Positions 32,397-41,691 of a stretch of DNA of 64,000 nt are shown here, one piece after another (the stretch's first letter is position 1; each line of letters begins with the position of its first letter). The DNA is taken from assembly GCA_035294725.1 (NCBI GenBank), contig DATGKK010000125.1:502-64501 (forward strand), written 5' to 3'. The notes under the pieces were generated by a model. It was not told where the DNA came from. It searched no databases and saw nothing but the letters and a program-made list of their open reading frames with translations. A program made the translations under genes and the position numbers. The stretch is from Acidimicrobiales bacterium. Lineage in GTDB: Bacteria; Actinomycetota; Acidimicrobiia; Acidimicrobiales; Bog-793.

Positions 32397-35297
32397 ATGC
32401 CCAAGCCGCTCGTGATCGTGGAGTCTCCGGCGAAGGCGAAGACCATCGCCGGGTTCCTCGGGCGCGACTACGTGGTCGAGTCCTCGATCGGCCACATCCG
32501 CGACCTGCCCCGGTCGGCGGCCGACGTCCCGCCGGCGTTCAAGAAGGAGCCGTGGGCACGGCTCGGTGTCGACGTCGACAACCACTTCAAGGCGCTCTAC
32601 GTCGTCAGCCGGGAGAAGAAGGAGCAGGTCGCGAAGCTGAAGCGGCTCGTCGGCGATGCGAGCGAGGTCTACCTCGCCACCGACGGGGACCGCGAGGGCG
32701 AGTCGATCGCCTGGCATCTGGTCGAGGTGCTCTCCCCCAGGGTGCCGGTGCGGAGGATGGTCTTCCACGAGATCACCGAAGGCGCGATCCGCGACGCGAT
32801 CGAGCATCCGCGCGAGCTCGACCGCCGGCTCGTCGACGCCCAGGAGGCTCGCCGCATCCTCGACCGGCTCTACGGCTACGAGGTCTCGCCGGTGCTGTGG
32901 CGCAAGGTGCGCCAGGGCCTGTCGGCCGGGCGGGTCCAGAGCGTCGCCACGCGGATCGTCGTCGAGCGGGAGCGGGAGCGCATGCGCTTCTCCTCGGCGG
33001 CGTGGTGGAGCCTCGAGGGGAGGTTCTCGTCCGCCGGCCAACCCTTCGGCGCCCGCCTCGTCGACGTGGGTGGCCGCCGTGTCGCCACTGGCGACGACTT
33101 CGGGCCGAGCGGCCGGATCGAGAACCCGGACGCGTTGCTGCTCGAGGAGCAGACCGCGTCCGAGCTCGCCGCCGTGCTCGAGGGAGCCAGCTTCGCCGTG
33201 GCCTCGGTCGAAGAGCGACCCTTCCGGCGCGCGCCGGCGGCGCCCTTCATCACCTCGACCTTGCAGCAGGAGGCGGCCCGCAAGCTCCGTTTCTCGGCCC
33301 AGCGCACGATGCGAACCGCCCAGTCGCTGTACGAGCGGGGCTACATCACCTACATGCGGACCGACTCGACGACGCTCTCGGAGACCGCGGTCGCCGCCGC
33401 GCGCGAGCAGGCCAAGGAGCTGTACGGGGCCGGGTCGGTGCCCGGGTCGCCCCGGCTCTACCGCAGCCGGGTGAAGAACGCGCAGGAGGCGCACGAGGCG
33501 ATCCGACCTGCCGGCGACCGCTTCCGCCTCCCGAGCCAGGTCGCCGGTGAACTGTCGCCCGACGAGGCGCGTCTGTACGAGCTCGTGTGGCAGCGGACGG
33601 TCGCGTCGCAGATGATCGACGCCACCGGGACGACGGCCCGGGTGCGGCTCGAGGCGGCGGCGAGCGCGGCCACCTCCGTCGCCGGCGCAGGCGCCATAGC
33701 CGGGTTCGTCGCCACGGGCACGGTGATCACCTCGCCGGGGTTCCTCCAGGTCTACAGGGAGGACGAGGACGAGGTCGTCGAGGGGGGAGGTGACCCACGC
33801 GGCCGGCCGGAGGAGACCCGGCTGCCGCGGCTCTCGACCGGCGAGGAGGTGGGCTGCGAGGGAATCGACGTGGAGGGTCACTCCACCAAACCTCCGGCGC
33901 GCTACACCGAGGCGTCGCTCGTGCGACGGCTCGAGGAGCTCGGGGTAGGGCGGCCGTCGACCTATGCCACGATCCTCCAGACGATCCAGGACCGCGGCTA
34001 CGTCTGGCGAAAGGGCAACGCGCTCGTCCCTTCGTTCACGGCGTTCGCCGTCGTGCAGCTGCTCGAGCGCCACTTCCCGTCCCTCGTGGACTACGGCTTC
34101 ACCGCCAGCATGGAGGACGACCTCGATGAGATCGCCTCGGGAGTCGAGGAGCAGATCCCCTGGCTGGAGCGCTTCTACTTCGGGGAGCCCCGGCATCACT
34201 CCGGTTCGGCCACTGGCGTGGCCCACGGCGCAGACGGCGCCGTCAGCGGTGCGGCGGCGCCCCGGCACTCGCTCGCGGTCGACGGAAAGCGGGGCCTCAA
34301 GGACGCCGTGCTCGCCCACCTCGAGGAGATCGACGCGCGGGAGGTCAACTCGATCCCGATCGGAGCGGACGGCAACGGCGAGGAGATCGTGGTGCGTGTC
34401 GGCCGGTACGGGCCGTATGTCCAGCGGGGCGACGAGCGCGCCGGTGTCCCCGACGAGCTCGCGCCGGACGAGCTCACGGTGGAGCGCGCGCTCGAGCTGC
34501 TCTCGAGCCCCTCGGGCGATCGCGAGCTCGGCAGGGACCCCGAGACCGGGAAGTCCGTCTACGCGAGAGCCGGGCGGTTCGGGCCCTACGTCCAGCTCGG
34601 CGAGGTCGGAGCCGAAGGCGGCGAGAAGCCGAGGACGGCGTCGCTGTTCCGGTCGATGTCGCTCGACACCGTCACCCTCGAGGACGCGCTCCGCCTCCTC
34701 CAGCTCCCGCGCACCCTCGGCACGGACCCGGAAACGGGTGAGCCGGTGGTAGCGAGCAACGGCCGCTACGGCCCCTACCTGAAGCGGGGCAGGGACACCC
34801 GCAGCCTGGACGACGAGGAGCAGCTGTTCGAGATCACCCTCGAGGAGGCGCTCGACCGCCTCGCCCAGCCGAAGCAACGCCGCTTCGGCCAGCCCGCGGC
34901 GCCGGTCCGTGAGCTCGGCGCCGACCCGGTGAGTGGCCAGCCCATCGTCCTGCGCTCGGGGCGGTTCGGGCCGTACGTGACGGACGGGACGGTCAATGCA
35001 TCGCTGCGCCGAGGCGACGATCCCGAGACCATCACGGCCGAGAGAGCAGCAGAGCTGCTGCAGGCGCGGAGAGAGGCCGGCCCCACGACCCGGAGCAGGG
35101 GAGCAAGGAAGGCGACGGCCTCGACGAAGAAGGCGGGGGCGGCGAAGAAGGCCGGCGCTGCCAAGGCGGGCGCGACGAAGAAGAAGGCGGGCGCGGCAAC
35201 GGCTCGAGGGGCGAAGAGGGCTGCTCCCCGAGGGTCGGCGGCCGCAGCGGCAGGGCGGGCCGGTGGCCGAAGCCGCCCGAGTGGCGACCCGAGCTGA
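32397..35297 (+). CDS. topA: DNA topoisomerase I (type IA) with Lys/Ala-rich C-terminal tail
   Basis: 966-aa ORF. Toprim N-terminus LVIVESPAKAKTIAGFLG, active-site region ITYMRTDS, and a C-terminal tail with KKAGAAKKAGAAKAGATKKKAGAA. Confidence 0.95.
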   Translation: MPKPLVIVESPAKAKTIAGFLGRDYVVESSIGHIRDLPRSAADVPPAFKKEPWARLGVDVDNHFKALYVVSREKKEQVAKLKRLVGDASEVYLATDGDREGESIAWHLVEVLSPRVPVRRMVFHEITEGAIRDAIEHPRELDRRLVDAQEARRILDRLYGYEVSPVLWRKVRQGLSAGRVQSVATRIVVERERERMRFSSAAWWSLEGRFSSAGQPFGARLVDVGGRRVATGDDFGPSGRIENPDALLLEEQTASELAAVLEGASFAVASVEERPFRRAPAAPFITSTLQQEAARKLRFSAQRTMRTAQSLYERGYITYMRTDSTTLSETAVAAAREQAKELYGAGSVPGSPRLYRSRVKNAQEAHEAIRPAGDRFRLPSQVAGELSPDEARLYELVWQRTVASQMIDATGTTARVRLEAAASAATSVAGAGAIAGFVATGTVITSPGFLQVYREDEDEVVEGGGDPRGRPEETRLPRLSTGEEVGCEGIDVEGHSTKPPARYTEASLVRRLEELGVGRPSTYATILQTIQDRGYVWRKGNALVPSFTAFAVVQLLERHFPSLVDYGFTASMEDDLDEIASGVEEQIPWLERFYFGEPRHHSGSATGVAHGADGAVSGAAAPRHSLAVDGKRGLKDAVLAHLEEIDAREVNSIPIGADGNGEEIVVRVGRYGPYVQRGDERAGVPDELAPDELTVERALELLSSPSGDRELGRDPETGKSVYARAGRFGPYVQLGEVGAEGGEKPRTASLFRSMSLDTVTLEDALRLLQLPRTLGTDPETGEPVVASNGRYGPYLKRGRDTRSLDDEEQLFEITLEEALDRLAQPKQRRFGQPAAPVRELGADPVSGQPIVLRSGRFGPYVTDGTVNASLRRGDDPETITAERAAELLQARREAGPTTRSRGARKATASTKKAGAAKKAGAAKAGATKKKAGAATARGAKRAAPRGSAAAAAGRAGGRSRPSGDPS

Positions 35298-35311
35298 ACG
35301 GGTCGCAGCCG

Positions 35312-35941
35312 GTGACAGCCCCGGCCGGAAGGCTGATCGCGATCGAGGGCGGTGAGGGAGCTGGGAAGTCGACCCAGGCGTCGGCGCTGGCGGCGGCCCT
35401 CGGAGCTGAGCTCACACGCGAGCCGGGCGGCACTGCTCTCGGCGAACAGGTCCGCCGCCTCCTCCTCGACCCTCGTTCCGGCCAGATCGGCGACCGCACG
35501 GAGCTCTTGCTGATGCTGGCGGCGCGAGCCGAGCACCTCGTCCGGCGGATCGAGCCGGCGCTCGCCCGAGGTCTCGACGTGGTGGTGGACCGCTTCTCCG
35601 GATCCACGCTTGCCTACCAGGGCTACGGGCGTGGGCTCCCGGTCGAGGAGGTGCGGCTCCTCTGCGGGCTGGCTGCCGGCGAGCGCTGGCCGGACCTGAA
35701 CGTGCTCATCGACGTGCCGGTACCCCTCGGAGCAGCCAGGCGCCGGCAGCGTCCGGGGCTGGACCGGATCGAGGCGGCCGACAGCTCCTTCCACGAGCGC
35801 GTGCGGAACGGCTACCTCGCCGAAGCCGCGCGTGACCCCGGCCACTGGCTCGTGGTCGACGGCAGCGGCCCGGTGGGCGAGGTCACCCGTGCGGTGCTCG
35901 AGGGGGTGCAGCACCGGCTCGGGCCGCATGTGGCAGGGTGA
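35312..35941 (+). CDS. tmk: thymidylate kinase
   Basis: 209-aa ORF with P-loop IAIEGGEGAGKST, and the motifs TREPGGT and DRF. Confidence 0.9.
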   Translation: MTAPAGRLIAIEGGEGAGKSTQASALAAALGAELTREPGGTALGEQVRRLLLDPRSGQIGDRTELLLMLAARAEHLVRRIEPALARGLDVVVDRFSGSTLAYQGYGRGLPVEEVRLLCGLAAGERWPDLNVLIDVPVPLGAARRRQRPGLDRIEAADSSFHERVRNGYLAEAARDPGHWLVVDGSGPVGEVTRAVLEGVQHRLGPHVAG

Positions 35942-37010
35942 GAGCGTGACCGTCGGGGCCGCGGCCGCTCCCGTGCTCGATCGCATCGTCGGCCAGAAGG
36001 GCGCCGTCCGGATGCTCCGGGCCTCGCTCCGTGCGCCGTTGCATGCCTACCTCTTCGCGGGGCCGCCCGGCACGGGCCGGGAGGAGGCTGCCGCCGCGTT
36101 CGCGGCGGCTCTGTTCTGCCCTGACGGCGGTTGCAGCAAGTGCGAGGTGTGCCGAGCCACCCTCGAGCGGCGCCACCCCGACCTGGTCGTTGTCGAGCGG
36201 GAGGGCGCCGCCATTGCGAGATGGCAGGTGGACGAGGTCGTCCGGCTTGCCTCCCGCTCGCCGCGAGCCGCGCCGTACCAGGTGCTCGTGCTCGTGGACT
36301 TCCACCTGATCGGCGCCGCCGCGCCGGCTCTGCTGAAGACGATCGAGGAGCCGCCCTCGACGACCGTCATCATCGTGACCGCCGACTCGGTCCCGGCCGA
36401 CTTCGTCACGATCGCGAGCAGGTGCGCGCGAGTCGACTTCCGGCCGCTGTCGAGCGAGGACCTCGTCGAGGTGCTCGTCGGCGAGGGCGCTGACCGCGGA
36501 GCGGCCGAGACCGTGGCTCAGGTGGCGCGGGGTCGGCTCGACCGCGCCCGCCTGCTGCTGCAGGATCCGGGGTTCTCGCACCGGGTCGCGCTCTGGCGCG
36601 ACCTGCCCGCTCACCTCGACGGCACCGGGGCCACGGCCGCCGCCCTGGCTGCGCAGCTCGTGGCGTCGGCCGAGGAGCCGGTCGAAGTGGTGAGGCAGCG
36701 CCAGGCCCGAGAGCTCGAGGAGCGCGCCGCCCAGGCGAGCGCCGCCGGCGAGCGGAGCGTGCCGGGGCGCGCCGAGATCGAGGCGCGGCACCGGCGGGAG
36801 CAGCGCCGGGTGCGGACCGACGAGCTGCGGGCCGGGCTCGCTGTGCTCGCCGGCTCCTACCGCCGGCGGCTCGACGGCGCCGGCGGGCAGTCTCGCAGCG
36901 CGATCACAGCGATCGAGCTGATCGACGAGGCGGCGTCCCGGCTACTGCTCAACGTCAACGAGACCTTGCTGCTCGAATGGCTTCTCGTCAAGCTCGACCG
37001 GGTCCACTGA
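35928..37010 (+). CDS. holB: DNA polymerase III subunit delta-prime
   Basis: HAYLFAGPPGTGREEAA, zinc module CPDGGCSKCEVC, and LLKTIEEPP. The start is ATG 35928 (14-nt overlap with tmk) or GTG 35946. Confidence 0.85.
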   Translation: MWQGESVTVGAAAAPVLDRIVGQKGAVRMLRASLRAPLHAYLFAGPPGTGREEAAAAFAAALFCPDGGCSKCEVCRATLERRHPDLVVVEREGAAIARWQVDEVVRLASRSPRAAPYQVLVLVDFHLIGAAAPALLKTIEEPPSTTVIIVTADSVPADFVTIASRCARVDFRPLSSEDLVEVLVGEGADRGAAETVAQVARGRLDRARLLLQDPGFSHRVALWRDLPAHLDGTGATAAALAAQLVASAEEPVEVVRQRQARELEERAAQASAAGERSVPGRAEIEARHRREQRRVRTDELRAGLAVLAGSYRRRLDGAGGQSRSAITAIELIDEAASRLLLNVNETLLLEWLLVKLDRVH

Positions 37011-37020
37011 GCGCCGCGCG

Positions 37021-38964
37021 GTGGACGAGCTCCGGGGCACCAGCGTGGACCGGGTGAGCACCGGCTTGCCGCCAAAGGCGCCTGCCGGCGCGGCCGGCAG
37101 CGCGGTCTCCTCGGTGCCACCGGCACGTGCGGCCGGGGCGCCACATGCCTCCCGTCCTCGCCACCACCGTCGCCCTGCCTGGCCGCTCGTCGTCGAGGGA
37201 GCGCTCCTCGCACTCTCACCTTTGCTGGCCGAGCTCGTGTTCCGGCTCGCCATCATGTCGCCGGTCGAGCTGCCCGATCCGAGCATCCACACCTCGTACC
37301 TCGTCGACCCCCACCAGGTCTACGCGCGCTACCAGGCGGCCTACGCCTCGACCGCTCGGCTGAGGGAAGGTGCGCGGGTCGGTTTCGTCGTGCCGGGGCG
37401 GATCTTCTACGAGCTGTTCGGCTCCGTCGGCGGCTTCGTCGCCTTCCGGTACCTCCTCGCCCTGATCGCCGTCGTGCCGGCCTACGTGCTCGTGCGGCGC
37501 CTCTACCAGCGTCCGGCGGCCGCGATGACCGTGGTGCTCATCTTGAGCTGCCCGGTCTTCGTGAGGGCGTGGGGCACCGACTACCCCAACAGCGCCGCCA
37601 TCTCCTATCTGACCGGCGCCCTCGCGTGCCTCGGTCTCGCCCTCGCGGCCCGGCGGCGCCGGAGCGCCTGGGTCGCGGCCGGGGCCGCCCTCGTGACCCT
37701 GGCGGTCTGGGCATTTCTGACCGCCGCCGTGGTCGCCCTGCCGGCGCTCGTCGTCTACGTCGCGATCCGCTCCTGGCAGTCACGGCGAGGCGCGCTCGGC
37801 GACGTGGGGATGCTCGCCGGCTCCGCAGTCGTCACCTCCGGTGTGCTCGCCGTCGGCTCGTACTTCCTCATCGGCCCGCTCAACTACATCACCCCGACCT
37901 GGCAGGCCTACGTCTACCTCTCCACACCGTCGCAGCAGGTCCAGTGGCACTCGACGAACTGGCACTGGCTTCCGTACGACACCTACCTCCTCGTCCCCGT
38001 CGCCGTGCTCGGGATCGGCGCCGTCGCGTTCGCGAGGTGGCCCCGCCGGCTGCCTCCGGTGCAGAGCTTCCTCGTAGTCTCGACCGCTCTCGCCGCAGGA
38101 CTGATGGCGTACCTCCAATTCTTCCGCAACGTGCAGATCCTGGAGGTGCACTTCTGGTCGTCCCTGCTCTGGTCAGGGACGTACCTCGTGCTCGGCCTCG
38201 CCCTTGGTGAGCTGACGCGACGCGTCGGCGACGACCTCCTCGGGCGATGGCTGCCCGTGGCCGTCGTCGTCGCCGTCCCACTCGTCTACGAGTCACGGCG
38301 TTCGGTCCCGGCCTTCACCTGGAGCCCGGCCGGCGTTGCGCTGACCGGCGCTGTGGTGGCCGTGGCGATCCTGGCCCGTGCCGGCACGGCGCTCGCCAGG
38401 CCGGGTCGATCGGCGCTCGGTCTCGCCTCCGGAGTGGTCGTGACCATCGCGGCGGCGAGTGGGCTCCTCGTCCTCACGGTCGCCCCGGCGGTCGCCCATG
38501 CCCATATCCCCCACACCGTGAACGATCCTCCTGCGGCCTACGCCGCCACCCTCGGCGTGAACGACGCTCTCTCGATCGACGAGTACCGCGTCGCCGCCGA
38601 GCTGCCGCACTTCACCGGAGAGCCGGCCTACCGAGGGGAGCAGCTCCTCATCTGGTGGCCGATCGACCAGTTCTCGCAGATGATCGAGCCGATGGGCATC
38701 TACCACGCCGGGTTCAACTCGATCCCGGGGCCGTGGGGCATGCTCGCCCCGGTGGCGGCCCGCAAGATCGAGCAACGGCGGCCCGGCCAGGTCCTCCTCA
38801 TGAGCATGACCGGGTTCGAGCTCCAGTCGTGCTACGACGCGCTCCAGCAGTTCGACCCGAGGCTCGTGCGTCGAGCTGTGCTGAGCTCGGGCCCGGTGCA
38901 CCTCCACGTCTGGCTGATCGACCTCGAGCGCTACACGAGGGTCGAGGCCGGCCGCCTCCGCTGA
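37021..38964 (+). CDS. large polytopic membrane protein (GT-C-like architecture, family unassigned)
   Basis: 647-aa ORF with about 12 hydrophobic helices followed by a soluble C-terminal domain of about 170 aa. It directly follows holB. Confidence 0.55.
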   Translation: MDELRGTSVDRVSTGLPPKAPAGAAGSAVSSVPPARAAGAPHASRPRHHRRPAWPLVVEGALLALSPLLAELVFRLAIMSPVELPDPSIHTSYLVDPHQVYARYQAAYASTARLREGARVGFVVPGRIFYELFGSVGGFVAFRYLLALIAVVPAYVLVRRLYQRPAAAMTVVLILSCPVFVRAWGTDYPNSAAISYLTGALACLGLALAARRRRSAWVAAGAALVTLAVWAFLTAAVVALPALVVYVAIRSWQSRRGALGDVGMLAGSAVVTSGVLAVGSYFLIGPLNYITPTWQAYVYLSTPSQQVQWHSTNWHWLPYDTYLLVPVAVLGIGAVAFARWPRRLPPVQSFLVVSTALAAGLMAYLQFFRNVQILEVHFWSSLLWSGTYLVLGLALGELTRRVGDDLLGRWLPVAVVVAVPLVYESRRSVPAFTWSPAGVALTGAVVAVAILARAGTALARPGRSALGLASGVVVTIAAASGLLVLTVAPAVAHAHIPHTVNDPPAAYAATLGVNDALSIDEYRVAAELPHFTGEPAYRGEQLLIWWPIDQFSQMIEPMGIYHAGFNSIPGPWGMLAPVAARKIEQRRPGQVLLMSMTGFELQSCYDALQQFDPRLVRRAVLSSGPVHLHVWLIDLERYTRVEAGRLR

Positions 38965-39068
38965 GGGCGGTGACGGGGGCAGGCCGAGCGGGCTCGCTCC
39001 CAAGGGAACGTTCCGCCCCGCCGCCGTGTTGAAGGCCATGACGCACCACCGACGAAGGAGCTCCGACC

Positions 39069-39716
39069 GTGCTGTTCGCCTCACGCAAGCAGGAGATGGT
39101 CTCGCCCGAGGCAGCCTTGCCCGGCCGGTCCGCGAGGATGCGGGTGCCCGAGCGTCACTACGTGCTCGGTACCCCGCTCATGCCTCCCTTCCCCGACGGC
39201 CTCGAGACGGCGGTGCTCGGCCTCGGGTGCTTCTGGGGTGCCGAGCGCCGCTTCTGGGAGGCCGACGGCGTCTACACGACGGCGGTGGGCTACGCAGGGG
39301 GCTACACGCCGAACCCGACCTACGAGGAGGTGTGCAGCTCGAAGACAGGACATGCAGAGGTCGTGCTCGTGGTGTTCGACCCTGCGCGGCTCGGCTATCG
39401 CGAGCTGCTGCAGCGCTTCTGGGAGTCTCACGACCCGACCCAGGGCATGCGCCAGGGCAACGACGTCGGCACCCAGTACCGCTCGGCCATCTACACGACC
39501 TCGGATGCGCAGCGCGAGCTGGCGCTCTCCTCGCGCGACCGGTACCAGGCCGCCCTCGCCGAGGCAGGGTACGGCGCCATCACCACTGAGATCGCGCCAG
39601 CCGGACCCTTCTACTACGCGGAGGAGTACCACCAGCAGTACCTGGCGAAGAACCCGAGCGGCTACTGCGGGCTCGGTGGGACCGGCGTGAGCTGCCCGAC
39701 CGGCCTCATCGCCTGA
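39069..39716 (+). CDS. msrA: peptide-methionine (S)-S-oxide reductase
   Basis: 215-aa ORF with active site [13 protein letters not shown] and the HDPT motif. A GAAGGAG Shine-Dalgarno ends 8 nt upstream of GTG 39069. Confidence 0.9.
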   Translation: MLFASRKQEMVSPEAALPGRSARMRVPERHYVLGTPLMPPFPDGLETAVLGLGCFWGAERRFWEADGVYTTAVGYAGGYTPNPTYEEVCSSKTGHAEVVLVVFDPARLGYRELLQRFWESHDPTQGMRQGNDVGTQYRSAIYTTSDAQRELALSSRDRYQAALAEAGYGAITTEIAPAGPFYYAEEYHQQYLAKNPSGYCGLGGTGVSCPTGLIA

Positions 39717-39719
39717 GCG

Positions 39720-39741
39720 GGCCGCCGTCCGCCCGGCGGCC
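39720..39741 (+). terminator. GC-rich hairpin just after the msrA stop (no U-tract)
   Basis: GGCCGCCG-tccgcc-CGGCGGCC: a perfect 8-bp stem with a 6-nt loop, beginning 4 nt after the TGA. Confidence 0.35.
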
Positions 39742-39767
39742 GGTGCGCTGAGTATCGTTCGCTCCCG

Positions 39768-41366
39768 ATGTCCCGAGCTGCCGCCGGACGGCTTCTTCGC
39801 GGCCTCGTCGCGGTCGCCGCTCTCGTCGGGCTCGCGGTGCTCCTCGAGGCCGTGAGCGTGCATGCCTTCGCGCCGGACTCCGACGGCGCGACCGTGGTGC
39901 TCGAGGGGTACGCGATGGGCCACGGCCACGCCATGTTGCACAACTGGGGGCTCTCGCTCGACTCGTTCTGGACCGTGGATGCCCTCTGGTACCTCGCCGG
40001 TGTCACGGTGGCGGGGCTCACGCCCGCCCTTGCCCATGCCGTGCCGGCGGCGATCGCCGCCGCGGTCGTCGGCATGGGCGTCCTCATCGCGACCGAGGAG
40101 CGACGGGGCGCCGCCGGGGTCGCGGCAGGGGCGACCGTGGTGGCGATCCTCGCCTTCCCCTCGCATGCGCTCGCCATCTTCTTGCTGCGCGGCCCGCTCC
40201 ACGTCGGCACGGTGCTCTGGTGCCTGATCGCCTTCTACGCGATGCGACGCGGGCGGTTCGGGTGGGGCTTCGTGGCCGCGGTCGTGCTGCTCGCGGCCGG
40301 GATGCTCGGCGACCTGCAGGCGCTCGCGCTCGGTGTCGTGCCACTCGCGCTCTCCGGTCTCACCGCGGCTGGCCGCACCCGTGACTGGCGCCAGGGTGTG
40401 CCGCTCGTGGCGGCCGCCGGCTCAGCCGTGATCCTGGCAGAGCTCGTCCGCACGATCGCCCGGGCGATCGGCAGCTTCAGCATCGCCGGCGCCAATCCCA
40501 CCTCGACGCTGCACCAGATGGTCCTCAACCTGAAGCACGGCGTGCACGAGGGCGCGCTCCTCATGGGCGTCGGGAGCTCGTACTACGGTCTCGGTGGCGA
40601 GCCGGTGGCGCTCTCGTACACCCACGTGCTCGCGATCCTCGTGGTCCTTGCCGCGCTGGCGGGCACGGCGTGGTCCGTCGTCTGGGGCACGGCCACCGGG
40701 CGGCCCACCGTCGTCGGCACGAGCACAAAGGCCGCCTGGCGGCTCGACGACATGCTCGTCTTCGCGACCTTCGCGTCACCGGCGACCTTCGTGCTGCTGG
40801 CCACGGCGCCCGATCCCGCCTATGCCCGCTACCTCACGGCCGGCGTGATCTTCGGAGCCGTCCTCGCCGGCCGTGTCGTCGGCAGGGTGGCACAGGACCT
40901 CGAGTGGCGCTCGCTCGCGAGGATCGGGGCCGGGATCGGGCTCGCAGCGATCGGTTGCTTCGCGGCGGGGACGATCATCGAGATCACCGAGCCGGCTCCA
41001 CCGACGCCGGCCTCGGCGCTCGCCTCCTTCCTTGAGGCACACCACCTGCGAGATGGGATCGGCGCCTACTGGTCGGCGTCGGTGACGACGCTTGAGTCGC
41101 ACGGCGAGGTGGACGTGCGCCCCGTCGTCGCTCCGGGCGGGCGCCTGTACCGCTACGACCGGAACTCCGCGGCGTACTGGTACCGGGAGCCGTTCCGGTT
41201 CCTCGTCTTCCAGCCCGGGGCACCGTGGGGGTCGGTGGACGAGTCGAGCGCCGCCGCCAGTTTCGGCCCGCCAACAGCGACCTACGAGGTGGCCGGCTAC
41301 GAGGTGATGGTCTGGGACCACGTCCTCGTCATCCCCCGCCGGCCTTCGGCGCAGGCCGCCCGCTAG
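39768..41366 (+). CDS. polytopic membrane protein (GT-C-like architecture, family unassigned)
   Basis: 532-aa ORF. An N-terminal TM is followed by the loop DSDGATVVLEGYAMGHGHAMLHNWGLSLDSFW, about 11 further TM helices, and a soluble C-terminal domain of about 130 aa. Confidence 0.55.
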   Translation: MSRAAAGRLLRGLVAVAALVGLAVLLEAVSVHAFAPDSDGATVVLEGYAMGHGHAMLHNWGLSLDSFWTVDALWYLAGVTVAGLTPALAHAVPAAIAAAVVGMGVLIATEERRGAAGVAAGATVVAILAFPSHALAIFLLRGPLHVGTVLWCLIAFYAMRRGRFGWGFVAAVVLLAAGMLGDLQALALGVVPLALSGLTAAGRTRDWRQGVPLVAAAGSAVILAELVRTIARAIGSFSIAGANPTSTLHQMVLNLKHGVHEGALLMGVGSSYYGLGGEPVALSYTHVLAILVVLAALAGTAWSVVWGTATGRPTVVGTSTKAAWRLDDMLVFATFASPATFVLLATAPDPAYARYLTAGVIFGAVLAGRVVGRVAQDLEWRSLARIGAGIGLAAIGCFAAGTIIEITEPAPPTPASALASFLEAHHLRDGIGAYWSASVTTLESHGEVDVRPVVAPGGRLYRYDRNSAAYWYREPFRFLVFQPGAPWGSVDESSAAASFGPPTATYEVAGYEVMVWDHVLVIPRRPSAQAAR

Positions 41367-41374
41367 CCGGTCGC

Positions 41375-41635
41375 TCAGATGTTGGCGAGGTCCTCGCTCG
41401 AGTAGGACCGGAAGGCGATGAGGGTGCGTGTCCTGGTCACGCCCCTGAGCGGCGCGATCCGCTCGGTCACGAGCTCGGCCAGCTTCTCGTGGTCGCCCAC
41501 CCGGACGAGCGCCACCAGGTCCTCGTCGCCGGCCACCGAGTAGGCGACGTCGACCCCCGCGACGTCGGCGAGCTCCCGGCCGAGGGGCGCCACCCGCTCG
41601 GGGTCGGCCTGGATGAGGACGATGGCCGTCACCAT
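41375..41635 (-). CDS. stand-alone Lrp/AsnC ligand-binding (RAM) domain protein
   Basis: 86-aa ORF: MVTAIVLIQADPERVAPLGRELADVAGVDVAYSVAGDEDLVALVRVGDHEKLAELV. This is a RAM-domain pattern with no HTH. Confidence 0.75.
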   Translation of the reverse strand: MVTAIVLIQADPERVAPLGRELADVAGVDVAYSVAGDEDLVALVRVGDHEKLAELVTERIAPLRGVTRTRTLIAFRSYSSEDLANI

Positions 41636-41691
41636 GGGGGCATGCTACGCCGCCCGCCGAGAGCTCGGCCGCGTGGTCCGCGTCCGCCCGC

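Noticed and set aside
27165-34877. Very long minus-strand ORFs 27165..29831 (888 aa), 30022..31779 (585 aa) and 32382..34877 (831 aa)
   Set aside because: They lie opposite the permease, hppA and topA genes, whose identities are certain. Their translations are Arg/Asp/Glu/Gly/His-rich with no domain signatures.
35080-35290. Repetitive aag/gcg-rich DNA that looks like a short tandem repeat array
   Set aside because: It encodes the Lys/Ala-rich C-terminal tail of topoisomerase I (KKAGAAKKAGAAKAGATKKKAGAA). This is a known feature of actinobacterial TopA, not an independent repeat element.
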